From Eubacteriales bacterium (GTDB taxonomy: Bacteria; Bacillota; Clostridia; Oscillospirales; CAG-382), in assembly GCA_045593165.1 (NCBI GenBank), contig JAZNWF010000004.1, positions 216 through 64,215 of the forward strand: a stretch of 64,000 nucleotides of DNA. The letters are read 5' to 3'. A program made the position numbers and the translations under genes. The stretch's first letter is position 1. Every line of letters begins with the position of its first letter. The notes below the pieces were generated by a model. It was given only the letters and a program-made list of their open reading frames with translations, was not told the origin of the DNA and ran no database searches. Positions 25,155 through 33,878 of the stretch are shown piece after piece.

Positions 25155-25207
25155 CGCTCATCGGAATTATAACCGAATGTGGCAAGTCGACGCTTACCAC
25201 GAAAGCC
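25155..25207 (-). repeat. Copy A of a ~52-nt hairpin element
   Basis: Minus strand: GGCTTTCGTGGTAAGCGTCGACTTGCCACATTCGGTTATAATTCCGATGAGCG. About 80% identical to copy B at 26062-26113, in the same orientation. Confidence 0.6.
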
Positions 25208-25242
25208 AAGAAAACTCACCTTTGAGCGATTCATTCTAGAAT

Positions 25243-25713
25243 TTAACATAAAGAATAAACAGAGACTGCGAGAATAAATATTCCTATTGCAAGCAATGCT
25301 AATTCCGATAAGTGAACGCGACGAGCAAGTTTGATACAAGTGGGATTCTTTGCAGAAATATAAATGTCATATTTATCGCCCTCTTTATAATGCTTTAAGA
25401 CATATTTTTGAGACAATGATTCCCAACATGCTTGTCTATAGGATTTTCCCTGATAACTGTAAATAAAAATCGGAGAACTATGGAGATGACCCTTGAACTG
25501 ATAAAAACCATAATCAATCATTGTTGCAGATACCTTAATCTTACAACGATAAGTGATAATCATAATAGATATTGCTTCGTAACAAAAATAACTACCTACC
25601 GCAAATCCAATCACACTTTCTTTATATTGCGGCAAATGGTTTTCGAGAACAATTATAGCCACAACCGATAAAATCACCAATACCACAATAAAAATCAATC
25701 TATACTTCTTCAC
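25243..25713 (-). CDS. Membrane protein, DUF3592-like
   Basis: 156 aa with two N-terminal TM helices, one C-terminal TM helix and a central beta-rich domain (YSYQGKSYRQ...GDKYDIYISAKNP). Confidence 0.5.
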   Translation of the reverse strand: MKKYRLIFIVVLVILSVVAIIVLENHLPQYKESVIGFAVGSYFCYEAISIMIITYRCKIKVSATMIDYGFYQFKGHLHSSPIFIYSYQGKSYRQACWESLSQKYVLKHYKEGDKYDIYISAKNPTCIKLARRVHLSELALLAIGIFILAVSVYSLC

Positions 25714-25885
25714 TACTATGCCACCTTTCAGCTAAATAAACTGAAATATAATACATAAAATTATAGCACCTATGCATTTATAAATCAATAGCATGTCACC
25801 CAAGGACTCATAACCCTACGGTCGCAGGCGCAACAACACACAGCGCAACCAAAGCAAAAAGGACACCTTTTGGTGTCCTTTGCTT

Positions 25886-25927
25886 TGGTTGCGGAGACAG
25901 GATTCGAACCTGCGACCTCCGGGTTAT
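25886..25927 (-). repeat. Orphan copy of the 3' 42 nt of tRNA-fMet (att-like direct repeat)
   Basis: 41 of 42 nt identical to 26150-26191. It keeps CCC at tRNA positions 39-41, where the full gene has CAC. Confidence 0.8.
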
Positions 25928-26061
25928 CGCTTCGCGCCGCCTTGCGGTGCCCGAAAAAATCTATCGTTCGCGTGGCTCACTTGCTTTTTTCGACCGCTGC
26001 GGGAAACACAGCTCGCTGTATCATCCGCAGGATGCGCGAGCTGTGTTTCCCCAACGAGCCA

Positions 26062-26113
26062 CGCTCGTCGGACTCGTAGCCGAACGTGGCAAGCCGACGC
26101 TTGCCACGAAACC
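26062..26113 (-). repeat. Copy B of the ~52-nt hairpin element
   Basis: Minus strand: GGTTTCGTGGCAAGCGTCGGCTTGCCACGTTCGGCTACGAGTCCGACGAGCG. The 8-bp stem GTGGCAAG/CTTGCCAC has a C-G pair where copy A has U-G. Confidence 0.6.
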
Positions 26114-26149
26114 AAAAAGAAAAACCGTCCTTTTGGACGGTTTTCTTTT

Positions 26150-26225
26150 TGGTTGCGGAGACAGGATTCGAACCTGCGACCTCCGTGTTATGAGCCCGAC
26201 GAGCTACCAACTGCTCTACCCCGCG
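26150..26225 (-). tRNA. Initiator tRNA-Met (CAU)
   Basis: Minus strand: CGCGGGGTAGAGCAGTTGGTAGCTCGTCGGGCTCATAACACGGAGGTCGCAGGTTCGAATCCTGTCTCCGCAACCA. It has the C1xA72 mismatch, an encoded CCA and anticodon CAT. G30 faces A40, breaking one of the three G-C pairs. Confidence 0.9.
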
Positions 26226-26262
26226 ATATTGATTTATATTAACATAAACGTTACTTTTAAAA

Positions 26263-26351
26263 TGGTGCCGGAAACCGGGCTTGAACCGGTACGAGGGGTG
26301 AACCTCACTGGATTTTAAGTCCAGGGCGTCTGCCAATTCCGCCACTCCGGC
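26263..26351 (-). tRNA. tRNA-Leu (UAA), class II with a long variable arm
   Basis: Minus strand: GCCGGAGTGGCGGAATTGGCAGACGCCCTGGACTTAAAATCCAG...GGTTCAAGCCCGGTTTCCGGCACCA. The anticodon loop is CTTAAAA. Confidence 0.9.
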
Positions 26352-26434
26352 GTAGTCCGCTCGATTATATTACCACAAACATTTCACCGTGTCAACCCTA
26401 TTTTTGAAATTCTGTTACTAAATTTTTATCCCCG

Positions 26435-26463
26435 TTGACAGTTTACGCTTATTGAAGTATAAT
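26435..26463 (+). promoter_or_regulatory. Consensus sigma-A promoter
   Basis: TTGACA, 17-nt spacer, TATAAT. Confidence 0.7.
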
Positions 26464-26492
26464 TATTACAACATTATTTTTGGAGGTCGATT

Positions 26493-27356
26493 ATGAAATC
26501 CAAGGTTTATTTTACAAAATCTCTCGATCCGCAAAAGGTTATCGAGCTTTACGATCTCGTAGGCAAAGAATTAAACGGCAACGTTGCCATTAAGCTTCAC
26601 TCGGGCGAGCCCGGCAACCAAAACTTTTTAGGTCCCGATTTCTGGGCGCCCATTATAAACAAGGTTGACGGTACAGCCGTTGAATGCAACACCGCATACG
26701 CGGGTGCACGCAACACCACCGACGCGCATTTGAAAACGCTTGAAAAGCACGGCTGGAGCACTCATTTCAAATTCGATCTGCTCGATGCCGAGGGCGACGA
26801 TTTGGTGCTTGATATTGAAAACGGCAAGCGCATCAACAAAAACTACGTCGGCAAGAATTTAAAAAATTACGATTCGATGCTTGTTCTTTCTCACTTCAAG
26901 GGTCACCCGATGGGCGGCTACGGCGGAGCTTTGAAGCAATTGTCTATCGGTATTGCATCGTCATACGGCAAAGCATACATTCACGGTGCAGGCGAGCCCG
27001 AAAAGATATGGTCCGCTGACCACGATTCCTTCCTTGAATCGATGGCTGACGCGGCAAAATCTATCGTTGAATTCTTCGACGGCAACATCGTTTATATCAA
27101 CGTTATGAAAAACATGTCGGTAGACTGCGACTGCTGTGCCGTTGCAGAAGACCCGAAGATAGCGGACATCGGTATGCTTGCCTCGACCGACCCCGTTGCT
27201 ATTGACAAGGCTTGTCTTGACCTTGTATATGCAAGCGAGGACGAGGGCAAATCGCACCTTATCGAACGCATTGAATCGCGCAACGGCGCGCTTACGATAA
27301 CAGCATCCGAAGCACTGGGAATCGGCTCGACAGCTTACGAGCTTATTGAAATATAA
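26493..27356 (+). CDS. DUF362 domain protein (putative Fe-S binding)
   Basis: 287 aa with the N-terminus KVYFTK...AIKLHSGEPGN and a Cys cluster VDCDCC. Confidence 0.6.
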   Translation: MKSKVYFTKSLDPQKVIELYDLVGKELNGNVAIKLHSGEPGNQNFLGPDFWAPIINKVDGTAVECNTAYAGARNTTDAHLKTLEKHGWSTHFKFDLLDAEGDDLVLDIENGKRINKNYVGKNLKNYDSMLVLSHFKGHPMGGYGGALKQLSIGIASSYGKAYIHGAGEPEKIWSADHDSFLESMADAAKSIVEFFDGNIVYINVMKNMSVDCDCCAVAEDPKIADIGMLASTDPVAIDKACLDLVYASEDEGKSHLIERIESRNGALTITASEALGIGSTAYELIEI

Positions 27357-27357
27357 T

Positions 27358-27391
27358 CAAAAACGGACTTCGTACGAAGTCCGTTTTTTTA
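27358..27391. terminator. Bidirectional rho-independent terminator
   Basis: ACGGACTTCG / CGAAGTCCGT stem flanked by A-runs and T-runs. Confidence 0.85.
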
Positions 27392-27398
27392 TTTCATC

Positions 27399-28934
27399 TT
27401 ACGTTTTATGGCTTTTATACTTTTGCACTATCTCGTCCAATTTACGCTGGGTCATATTTTTAACCGATTCATATTCGGACGTAAAGGAGCCCTGCGGCTT
27501 CTTCATCATACCGCAAACGGTCTTATACATTTCGAGATTGAATATTTCTGCCAAATCACAGGAGCGTCCCGCGAAAATAATATCGAGCATACGCATCGAA
27601 TCGTCATCGCGCGATATCTGATATTGGAGAGTCTGCTCATAATAAACGGGATTCAGCTTTTTATGCGACACAGCGGAAAGTGCTTCGATAAAATATCCCG
27701 CAAGTTCCAGATCCTCCTCGGAAACGTAGGTAGGAATAACGATACAGTTTGTTGACCAGCATCCGATTCGCGACACGTAATTTTCCTGCAGATCGTCGTA
27801 TAGCGGCACGGGAAGAACACCGAAATCACTTTCCATATCGCGAATAAGTTCCAAATTCATTATTGATTCCATTAAGAACAGCAATCTGTCTGCCTTGAAC
27901 TCGGGCACAATAACGTCGCTTACGGGAACTCTGCTTACATTGAAGTAATCATTTGCGGAAATAAATCCGCTTTGCGGGGATTTAAAGTACTCCTGTGCAT
28001 CATTGATGACCGAGATCGCTCTTTGGTTATATACCGACAAGACGGGATAGCCGTCCTTATCGACCTCGACTATATTTTCGGCAGAGCCCGAAAGCATAAC
28101 CGCGATCGCGCTGTCCTGACCGGCAAGACCGTTTACGTCGCCGACGTCGCAGCGATTATTCTCATTGGTATCCTGATAGACCGTTTTTGCCATTTCGTAC
28201 ATACGGTCCTGGGTCCACGCTTTTTCATCAACCATTTCATAAAGCGATTTATAACCGTAATTTTCGGCAAGACCGTAGGATTCCGCCATTTTTTTGTTAA
28301 ATGCTACAAAAAGAGTTGCTTCCTTGCTTACGGTGCCTATATCGCTGATAGCAAAATAGCATTTTCCGCCGATGGTTACGTCGTTATTGAACTCTTGACA
28401 CCACCACTCGCGAGAAAGGTCGATATTCGGAACTCCGTTTAAATCGTATAAAAGATTCTCCATCGAGAGCATACTTCCCTCGATAGAGCAGGGCATAGCG
28501 AACAGATAGTCGCCCGTACCGCTCATAGCGTCCTTTTGTATCTGCGAGAACATTGCTCCGCCATAGCGAGAGGAGGTATATATCACCTCTTCTTCGACCT
28601 TTACTCCCAATTCCGCCTCGACCAATCGGGTACATTCCGCCGCCGTATTGATAACAGACGGTGCCTTTTCGGAACTATACATCGAATTGTTTTCGGGTTG
28701 GATCTGGAAGGTATTTATACTTTGTGCGGTGGCGGTTGTAAGTACACGAACCGTTCTTCCTTCGTAATCTATTTCCTCGGGAATATCGAGTCCGAAAAAT
28801 CTGCCCTCATCTATGCTTTCATCATCAACAGAATCGACAACCGACGAGGTATTTACCGTATCCTCTGCACAGCCCGACATCAAAGTAAGAACAAACACCA
28901 AAACAAGAGCAAGCGAAAAAATACGTTTTTTCAT
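27399..28934 (-). CDS. ABC transporter extracellular solute-binding lipoprotein (large carbohydrate-type SBP)
   Basis: Signal MKKRIFSLALVLVFVLTLMSGC with lipobox. 511 aa. No cognate permease or ATPase gene is adjacent. Confidence 0.65.
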   Translation of the reverse strand: MKKRIFSLALVLVFVLTLMSGCAEDTVNTSSVVDSVDDESIDEGRFFGLDIPEEIDYEGRTVRVLTTATAQSINTFQIQPENNSMYSSEKAPSVINTAAECTRLVEAELGVKVEEEVIYTSSRYGGAMFSQIQKDAMSGTGDYLFAMPCSIEGSMLSMENLLYDLNGVPNIDLSREWWCQEFNNDVTIGGKCYFAISDIGTVSKEATLFVAFNKKMAESYGLAENYGYKSLYEMVDEKAWTQDRMYEMAKTVYQDTNENNRCDVGDVNGLAGQDSAIAVMLSGSAENIVEVDKDGYPVLSVYNQRAISVINDAQEYFKSPQSGFISANDYFNVSRVPVSDVIVPEFKADRLLFLMESIMNLELIRDMESDFGVLPVPLYDDLQENYVSRIGCWSTNCIVIPTYVSEEDLELAGYFIEALSAVSHKKLNPVYYEQTLQYQISRDDDSMRMLDIIFAGRSCDLAEIFNLEMYKTVCGMMKKPQGSFTSEYESVKNMTQRKLDEIVQKYKSHKT

Positions 28935-28946
28935 AAAGTCACTCCT

Positions 28947-29492
28947 TTAATTCAGCATCAAGCGGTTTTTCTTTAATACGTTAACTATTACGGGAATCGC
29001 GATAAGCTGAAGAATTATTCCGGGAATACTTGCCAAAACAGTTTTTGTCCAGATAAGCGCAAATCCGATTTCGCCGTTTGCCATACCTGCAAAGATAAGT
29101 ATAAACATAACAGCGCCCCAAACAAGTCTGCCCGCAACCATAGCGGTAATAAGAGTTACGTAATACATAAAGATATTCTTATTCAATTTCTTATACAAAA
29201 GACCTGCGATAAAGGCGTATGCGGCAAGCTCGAAAGCCATAGCGACCGCACTCGGCATAAGCTCGGGCATCCCGAACATCATAGAGCGAAGCAACGGTGC
29301 GGAGACACCCACCGCCATTCCCCAATAAGGACCGCAGATAAAGCCGCACAATATTACGGGAAGATGCATAGGGCACAACGCCGCGCCGAAGGGCTTGATC
29401 TGTGCAGTCAGAAACGGCAACAGTATCGCAAGCGCGAGAAACATCGCCGAATATAATAATCGCGCAAGCTTTGCATTCGTTTTTTTAGCCAT
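28947..29492 (-). CDS. ECF transporter S component, substrate unknown
   Basis: 181 aa with ~6 TM helices. The N-terminal region LARLLYSAMFLALAILLPF...MHLPVILCGFICGPYWG is typical of ECF S units. Confidence 0.6.
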   Translation of the reverse strand: MAKKTNAKLARLLYSAMFLALAILLPFLTAQIKPFGAALCPMHLPVILCGFICGPYWGMAVGVSAPLLRSMMFGMPELMPSAVAMAFELAAYAFIAGLLYKKLNKNIFMYYVTLITAMVAGRLVWGAVMFILIFAGMANGEIGFALIWTKTVLASIPGIILQLIAIPVIVNVLKKNRLMLN

Positions 29493-29634
29493 AAAACCAC
29501 CGCTTTCTTACAATCTCTGATATATTTCAGTATATCATTCAAGCGACTATATTTCAAGTCCTTTTATTGTATTTGGCTATTGACAGTTTAATTGTATTGT
29601 ATACAATTAAATCATTAGACAAAAGAGGTATCAA

Positions 29635-30129
29635 ATGAGCATAAGACTTGCAAACACAAACGATATAACACGAATAGAAGCGATATTTTTCTGCGCAAAG
29701 CAGTTTATGCGCGAAAACGGAAACAAGCATCAATGGTCGGGCACATATCCCGAGAGGGAGATCATCGAGCGCGATATTTCCACAAAGAGCTGTTACGTAT
29801 ACGAGCTCGATAACCAAATCGTCGGCGTATTTTCGCTTTTTGACGGTCCCGACCCAACGTACGAAAAAATATATGACGGCGAATGGCCGAACGATAACGA
29901 TTACGCAGTTATACACCGCATAGCACTTACCGTTCACGGTAAAGGGATAGCGGAGGAATGCTACGAATTCGGACTGAAGCGCAAGGGTGTGCTTCGCATC
30001 GACACCCACCGCGACAACATACCTATGCAAAGGTCGCTTGAAAAGAACGGTTTTACACGATGCGGCATAATATATCTCGCTTCGGGCGACGAAAGAATCG
30101 CATTTTGTAAGATTGCGGAAAATCATTGA
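29635..30129 (+). CDS. GNAT family N-acetyltransferase
   Basis: 164 aa. An acetyl-CoA binding region (IHRIALTVHGKGIAEE) and the C-terminal LEKNGFTRCG are present. Confidence 0.75.
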   Translation: MSIRLANTNDITRIEAIFFCAKQFMRENGNKHQWSGTYPEREIIERDISTKSCYVYELDNQIVGVFSLFDGPDPTYEKIYDGEWPNDNDYAVIHRIALTVHGKGIAEECYEFGLKRKGVLRIDTHRDNIPMQRSLEKNGFTRCGIIYLASGDERIAFCKIAENH

Positions 30130-30183
30130 AAACACGGCAGAAAAATGCTATAATATTCAAAGTCTATTTATACGGAGAATCCT

Positions 30184-31959
30184 ATGCTTTTCGGCAAACA
30201 CATTAACAAGTATTATTTAAAATATCTGCATTGGCTTCTGTTGGGCGTTTGCTCGCTGATTCTTGTTGACTATATGCAGTTGGTAGTACCCGAGCTGTAC
30301 CGTACGGTAATAAACGGCATTAACAACGGCACGGCAATAAAGGACGGCGTAACCGTACCGTTTGATATGAATTATCTTCTCGACGAGGTGTGCCGTCCGC
30401 TGATTTTCGTTATTATAGCGATGATATTCGGACGCTTCCTTTGGAGGATCTGCTTCTTCGGCTCGGGAATACGCATTGAAACGGCTTTGCGCAACAGAAT
30501 GTTTGACCGTTGCAGAGAACTGAGCCAGCATTATTACCAGCATAACAAGGTCGGAAACCTGATGAGCCTGTTCACCAACGATCTGGAAACGGTTCAGGAT
30601 TGCTTCGGTATGGGCATAATGATGTTTTTCGACGCATTGCTTTTAGGTGTTCTTGCGTTGAATAAAATGTTCAGTATGGACACAACGCTTACTCTGCTTT
30701 CGATGATACCAATGGTCATATTGCTCGTCGGCGGTATGATATTGGGAAAATACATGACGATGAAGTGGGAAACACGTCAAGCGGCGTTCTCTTCCCTTTC
30801 GGATTTTTCGCAGGAAAGCTTTGCCGGCATAGCCGTCATCAAAGCGTTCGTTAAGGAAGCAAAGGAGCTTTTGGCGTTCCGCAAGCTGAACAAGGACAAC
30901 GAGGACGCAAATATTGAATACACAAAGCTTTCGGTAAAGCTGAATATTTCGGTCACACTGCTTGTTGAATCGGTGATATGCGTTATACTCGGCTACGGCG
31001 GATACCTGGTATACAACGGCACGTTTGACGCCGGACAGTTGGTTGAATTCATAGGCTATTTCAACGCTATCGTTTGGCCTATAATGGCAGTTTCGCAGCT
31101 TATTGAAATGCATTCGCGCGGAAAGGCTTCGCTTAACCGTATAAGCGAGCTTTTGGATGCAGTGCCCGAGATAACCGACCGAGAGGATGTAATCGCTCCC
31201 GAAAAGATCGACGGTAAAATCGAATTCAAAAACCTTACGTTCAGATATCCAAGCGGCGAATACGACGTTTTAAGCAACGCATCGTTTACCATTGAAGCGG
31301 GCGAAAACGTAGGTATCGTCGGAAGAACGGGTTCGGGTAAAACCACTATCGCCGACCTTATATTGCGTACCTACAACGTACCCGACGGCACGATATTTAT
31401 CGACGGATACGATATAAATTCTATATCCATAAAATCGCTTCGCGACAACGCGGCGTACGTACCGCAGGATAATTTCCTATTCAGCACCACGATTTCGGAT
31501 AATATCGCGTTTGCATCCGATAACAATGCACCAAACGAAATTGAAGCCGCCGCAAAGCTTTCGGACGTACACAGCAACATCGTTGAATTCACCGAGGGTT
31601 ATGAAACCGTGCTCGGTGAGCGCGGCGTTACCGTTTCGGGCGGACAAAAGCAGCGTATATCTATTGCGAGAGCATTGATGAAAAAGGCTTCGATACTGAT
31701 TCTTGACGATTCGGTATCCGCAGTCGACGTGAAAACCGAAAAGGTCATTCTCGACAATCTCAAAAGCACACGCAAGGGGCTTACGACAATACTGATCGCG
31801 CACAGAATAACCACTATCGAAAATATGGACAAGATCATATTTATTGACGACGGCAAGATAATCGATATCGGAACTCATACCGAGCTTTACGAAAGAAACG
31901 GTGAATATCACAATATGGTAGAGCTTCAGCGTATGAACGATATCGAAGCGGCGATGTAG
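30184..31959 (+). CDS. ABC exporter, fused permease/ATPase (heterodimer subunit 1)
   Basis: A 6-TM domain plus an NBD with Walker A GRTGSGKTT, signature VSGGQKQR and Walker B ILILDD. Confidence 0.85.
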   Translation: MLFGKHINKYYLKYLHWLLLGVCSLILVDYMQLVVPELYRTVINGINNGTAIKDGVTVPFDMNYLLDEVCRPLIFVIIAMIFGRFLWRICFFGSGIRIETALRNRMFDRCRELSQHYYQHNKVGNLMSLFTNDLETVQDCFGMGIMMFFDALLLGVLALNKMFSMDTTLTLLSMIPMVILLVGGMILGKYMTMKWETRQAAFSSLSDFSQESFAGIAVIKAFVKEAKELLAFRKLNKDNEDANIEYTKLSVKLNISVTLLVESVICVILGYGGYLVYNGTFDAGQLVEFIGYFNAIVWPIMAVSQLIEMHSRGKASLNRISELLDAVPEITDREDVIAPEKIDGKIEFKNLTFRYPSGEYDVLSNASFTIEAGENVGIVGRTGSGKTTIADLILRTYNVPDGTIFIDGYDINSISIKSLRDNAAYVPQDNFLFSTTISDNIAFASDNNAPNEIEAAAKLSDVHSNIVEFTEGYETVLGERGVTVSGGQKQRISIARALMKKASILILDDSVSAVDVKTEKVILDNLKSTRKGLTTILIAHRITTIENMDKIIFIDDGKIIDIGTHTELYERNGEYHNMVELQRMNDIEAAM

Positions 31960-31971
31960 GAGGTATTTGAT

Positions 31972-33861
31972 ATGTATGAATTTTATCCTCTTTTAGCCGT
32001 CGGCGCGGTTATCGGCATTATGTCGGTAATCTTCATCTGCGCGTATTTTTCGATAAAGGACCGCAAGGAAGCCATCGGTTTCGACAGAAATATGAAGGAT
32101 TCCGAAATAATAACGCGGTTGATGCAATACGCCAAGCCCCACGCAAAAAGCTTTGTTTTCGTATTGATAATTATGCTGTTTTCGATTTCCTACGATATTA
32201 TCGCGCCTACGTTGGTCGGCAATATCGAGGAAATGATAAAGAAGGATTTTGAATACAGCAAGCTTTTGATATACGTCGCAATTTACGCGAGTATACTTAT
32301 TATTTCGCTTATCTGCACCTACGTTCAGGCAATCGTTTTGCAAAAAACGGGTCAAAAGATACTTTCCGCTCTGCGCGAGGATCTGTTCTCGCACATCGAA
32401 AGCCTTTCGCATTCCCAGCTTCACACTATGCCCGTCGGAAAGCTCGTTACACGCGTTACCAACGATACCAACGCGATATCGATGCTGTTTACGAATATTC
32501 TCGTAAACCTTATCAAGAACGTTTTTGTTATATTCGGTGTTATCGGCGCGATGCTTCTGCTTAACTACGGATTAACGCTTATGGTGCTTTGCTTTGCGCC
32601 GTTTATCGTTCTGTTCACGGTTATTTTCCGTAAATTCTCGCGCAAGGCATACCGAGAGGTAAAGGACGGAACTACCGATATAAACACCTTTCTTTCGGAA
32701 AATCTTTCGGGCATGAAGATAATTCAGATCTTCAACCGCGAAGATCGCAAGATGCAGGAGTTCAACGAAAAGAACGACAAGCTTAAATCCGCAAAATACC
32801 GACAGATGTTCGTGTTCGGCATATTTCGCCCGATGGTATATATGCTGTATATCACGTCGGTGCTCTGCCTGCTTTATTTAGGCGCTCGCGGATACATTAA
32901 CAACGTGGAATTTTTGGGACAGACGGTTACGAGCGGTGTTATAGTTTCGTTTTATATGTATATAACGAAATTCTTCAACCCTATCCAAAGCCTTGCGGAG
33001 CAATTCAACTGGCTTCAATCGGCGTTTGCGTCTGCCGAAAAGATATTCACGGTGTTTGATATCAAGCCCGAAATAGTAGATTCGGACGACACCATAGAAT
33101 TGGAAAACGTTGAGGGCAATATCGAGTTCCGCAACGTATGGTTTGCCTACAACGAGGGCGAATGGGTATTAAAGGACGTTTCATTTAAGGTAAAAGCGGG
33201 CGAAACGGTAGCGTTTTGCGGCTCGACCGGATCGGGAAAAACGACCATCCTTTCGCTTATCTGCCGCAATTACGATATTCAACGCGGCGAAATATTTATT
33301 GACGGTATTGAAATACGTAAAATAAAGATTGCTTCCCTGCGCAAGCATTTCGGACAAATGCTTCAGGACGTATTTCTGTTTTCGGGCACTATACGCTCGA
33401 ACATTTTGCTCCGCGAAGAAGGCATTGACGATAACGAGGTAATGGAGGCGTGCCGATACGTAAACGCCGACAAGCTTATCGACAAGCTCCCTAAAGGACT
33501 TGACGAAGAGGTTATGGAGCGCGGAAGCAACTTTTCCGCAGGACAAAGACAGCTGTTATCGTTTGCAAGAACCATTATTCACAAGCCAGAAATAATGATT
33601 CTCGACGAAGCGACGGCAAACATAGACACCGAAACCGAGGTGCTTATTCAGGACAGCCTCGAAAAGCTTATGAGCATCGGCACCTTGCTTATCGTCGCAC
33701 ACAGACTGTCAACCATACGCCACGCGGACAATATAATCTACCTTTCCCACGGTGAAATAGTCGAGCAGGGCTCGCATACCGAGCTTTTGGAAAAGAAGGG
33801 CAGATATTACGAGCTTTACAAGCTCCAGCAGGACAAGGCTTTACTGAAATCACAAAAATAA
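31972..33861 (+). CDS. ABC exporter, fused permease/ATPase (heterodimer subunit 2)
   Basis: Walker A GSTGSGKTT, signature FSAGQRQL, Walker B IMILDEATA. Confidence 0.85.
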   Translation: MYEFYPLLAVGAVIGIMSVIFICAYFSIKDRKEAIGFDRNMKDSEIITRLMQYAKPHAKSFVFVLIIMLFSISYDIIAPTLVGNIEEMIKKDFEYSKLLIYVAIYASILIISLICTYVQAIVLQKTGQKILSALREDLFSHIESLSHSQLHTMPVGKLVTRVTNDTNAISMLFTNILVNLIKNVFVIFGVIGAMLLLNYGLTLMVLCFAPFIVLFTVIFRKFSRKAYREVKDGTTDINTFLSENLSGMKIIQIFNREDRKMQEFNEKNDKLKSAKYRQMFVFGIFRPMVYMLYITSVLCLLYLGARGYINNVEFLGQTVTSGVIVSFYMYITKFFNPIQSLAEQFNWLQSAFASAEKIFTVFDIKPEIVDSDDTIELENVEGNIEFRNVWFAYNEGEWVLKDVSFKVKAGETVAFCGSTGSGKTTILSLICRNYDIQRGEIFIDGIEIRKIKIASLRKHFGQMLQDVFLFSGTIRSNILLREEGIDDNEVMEACRYVNADKLIDKLPKGLDEEVMERGSNFSAGQRQLLSFARTIIHKPEIMILDEATANIDTETEVLIQDSLEKLMSIGTLLIVAHRLSTIRHADNIIYLSHGEIVEQGSHTELLEKKGRYYELYKLQQDKALLKSQK

Positions 33862-33878
33862 TTTGAGGAGGGCAAAGG

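Noticed and set aside
25049-25339. Long form of the ireB ORF (168 aa)
   Set aside because: The extra 97 aa run through a good promoter (TTGAAA-17-TATACT), the repeat element and the 3' end of the neighbouring gene. The IreB family is about 70-90 aa, and MNNLSIDE has an RBS.
25928-26149. Possible group I intron splitting a tRNA-fMet gene at the anticodon loop
   Set aside because: The sequence upstream of the insert is a complete 76-nt tRNA with its own 3' half and CCA, not a 5' exon only. The insert is too short (~220 bp) and shows no recognisable P3-P8 core. An att-type duplication explains the data better.
25880-26345. Several 63-123-aa ORFs across the tRNA region
   Set aside because: They overlap two tRNA genes, the tRNA-half repeat and long inverted repeats. 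They lack RBSs and their sequence is repeat-derived.
29554-30135. 193-aa ORF on the minus strand
   Set aside because: It is antisense to the GNAT acetyltransferase gene.
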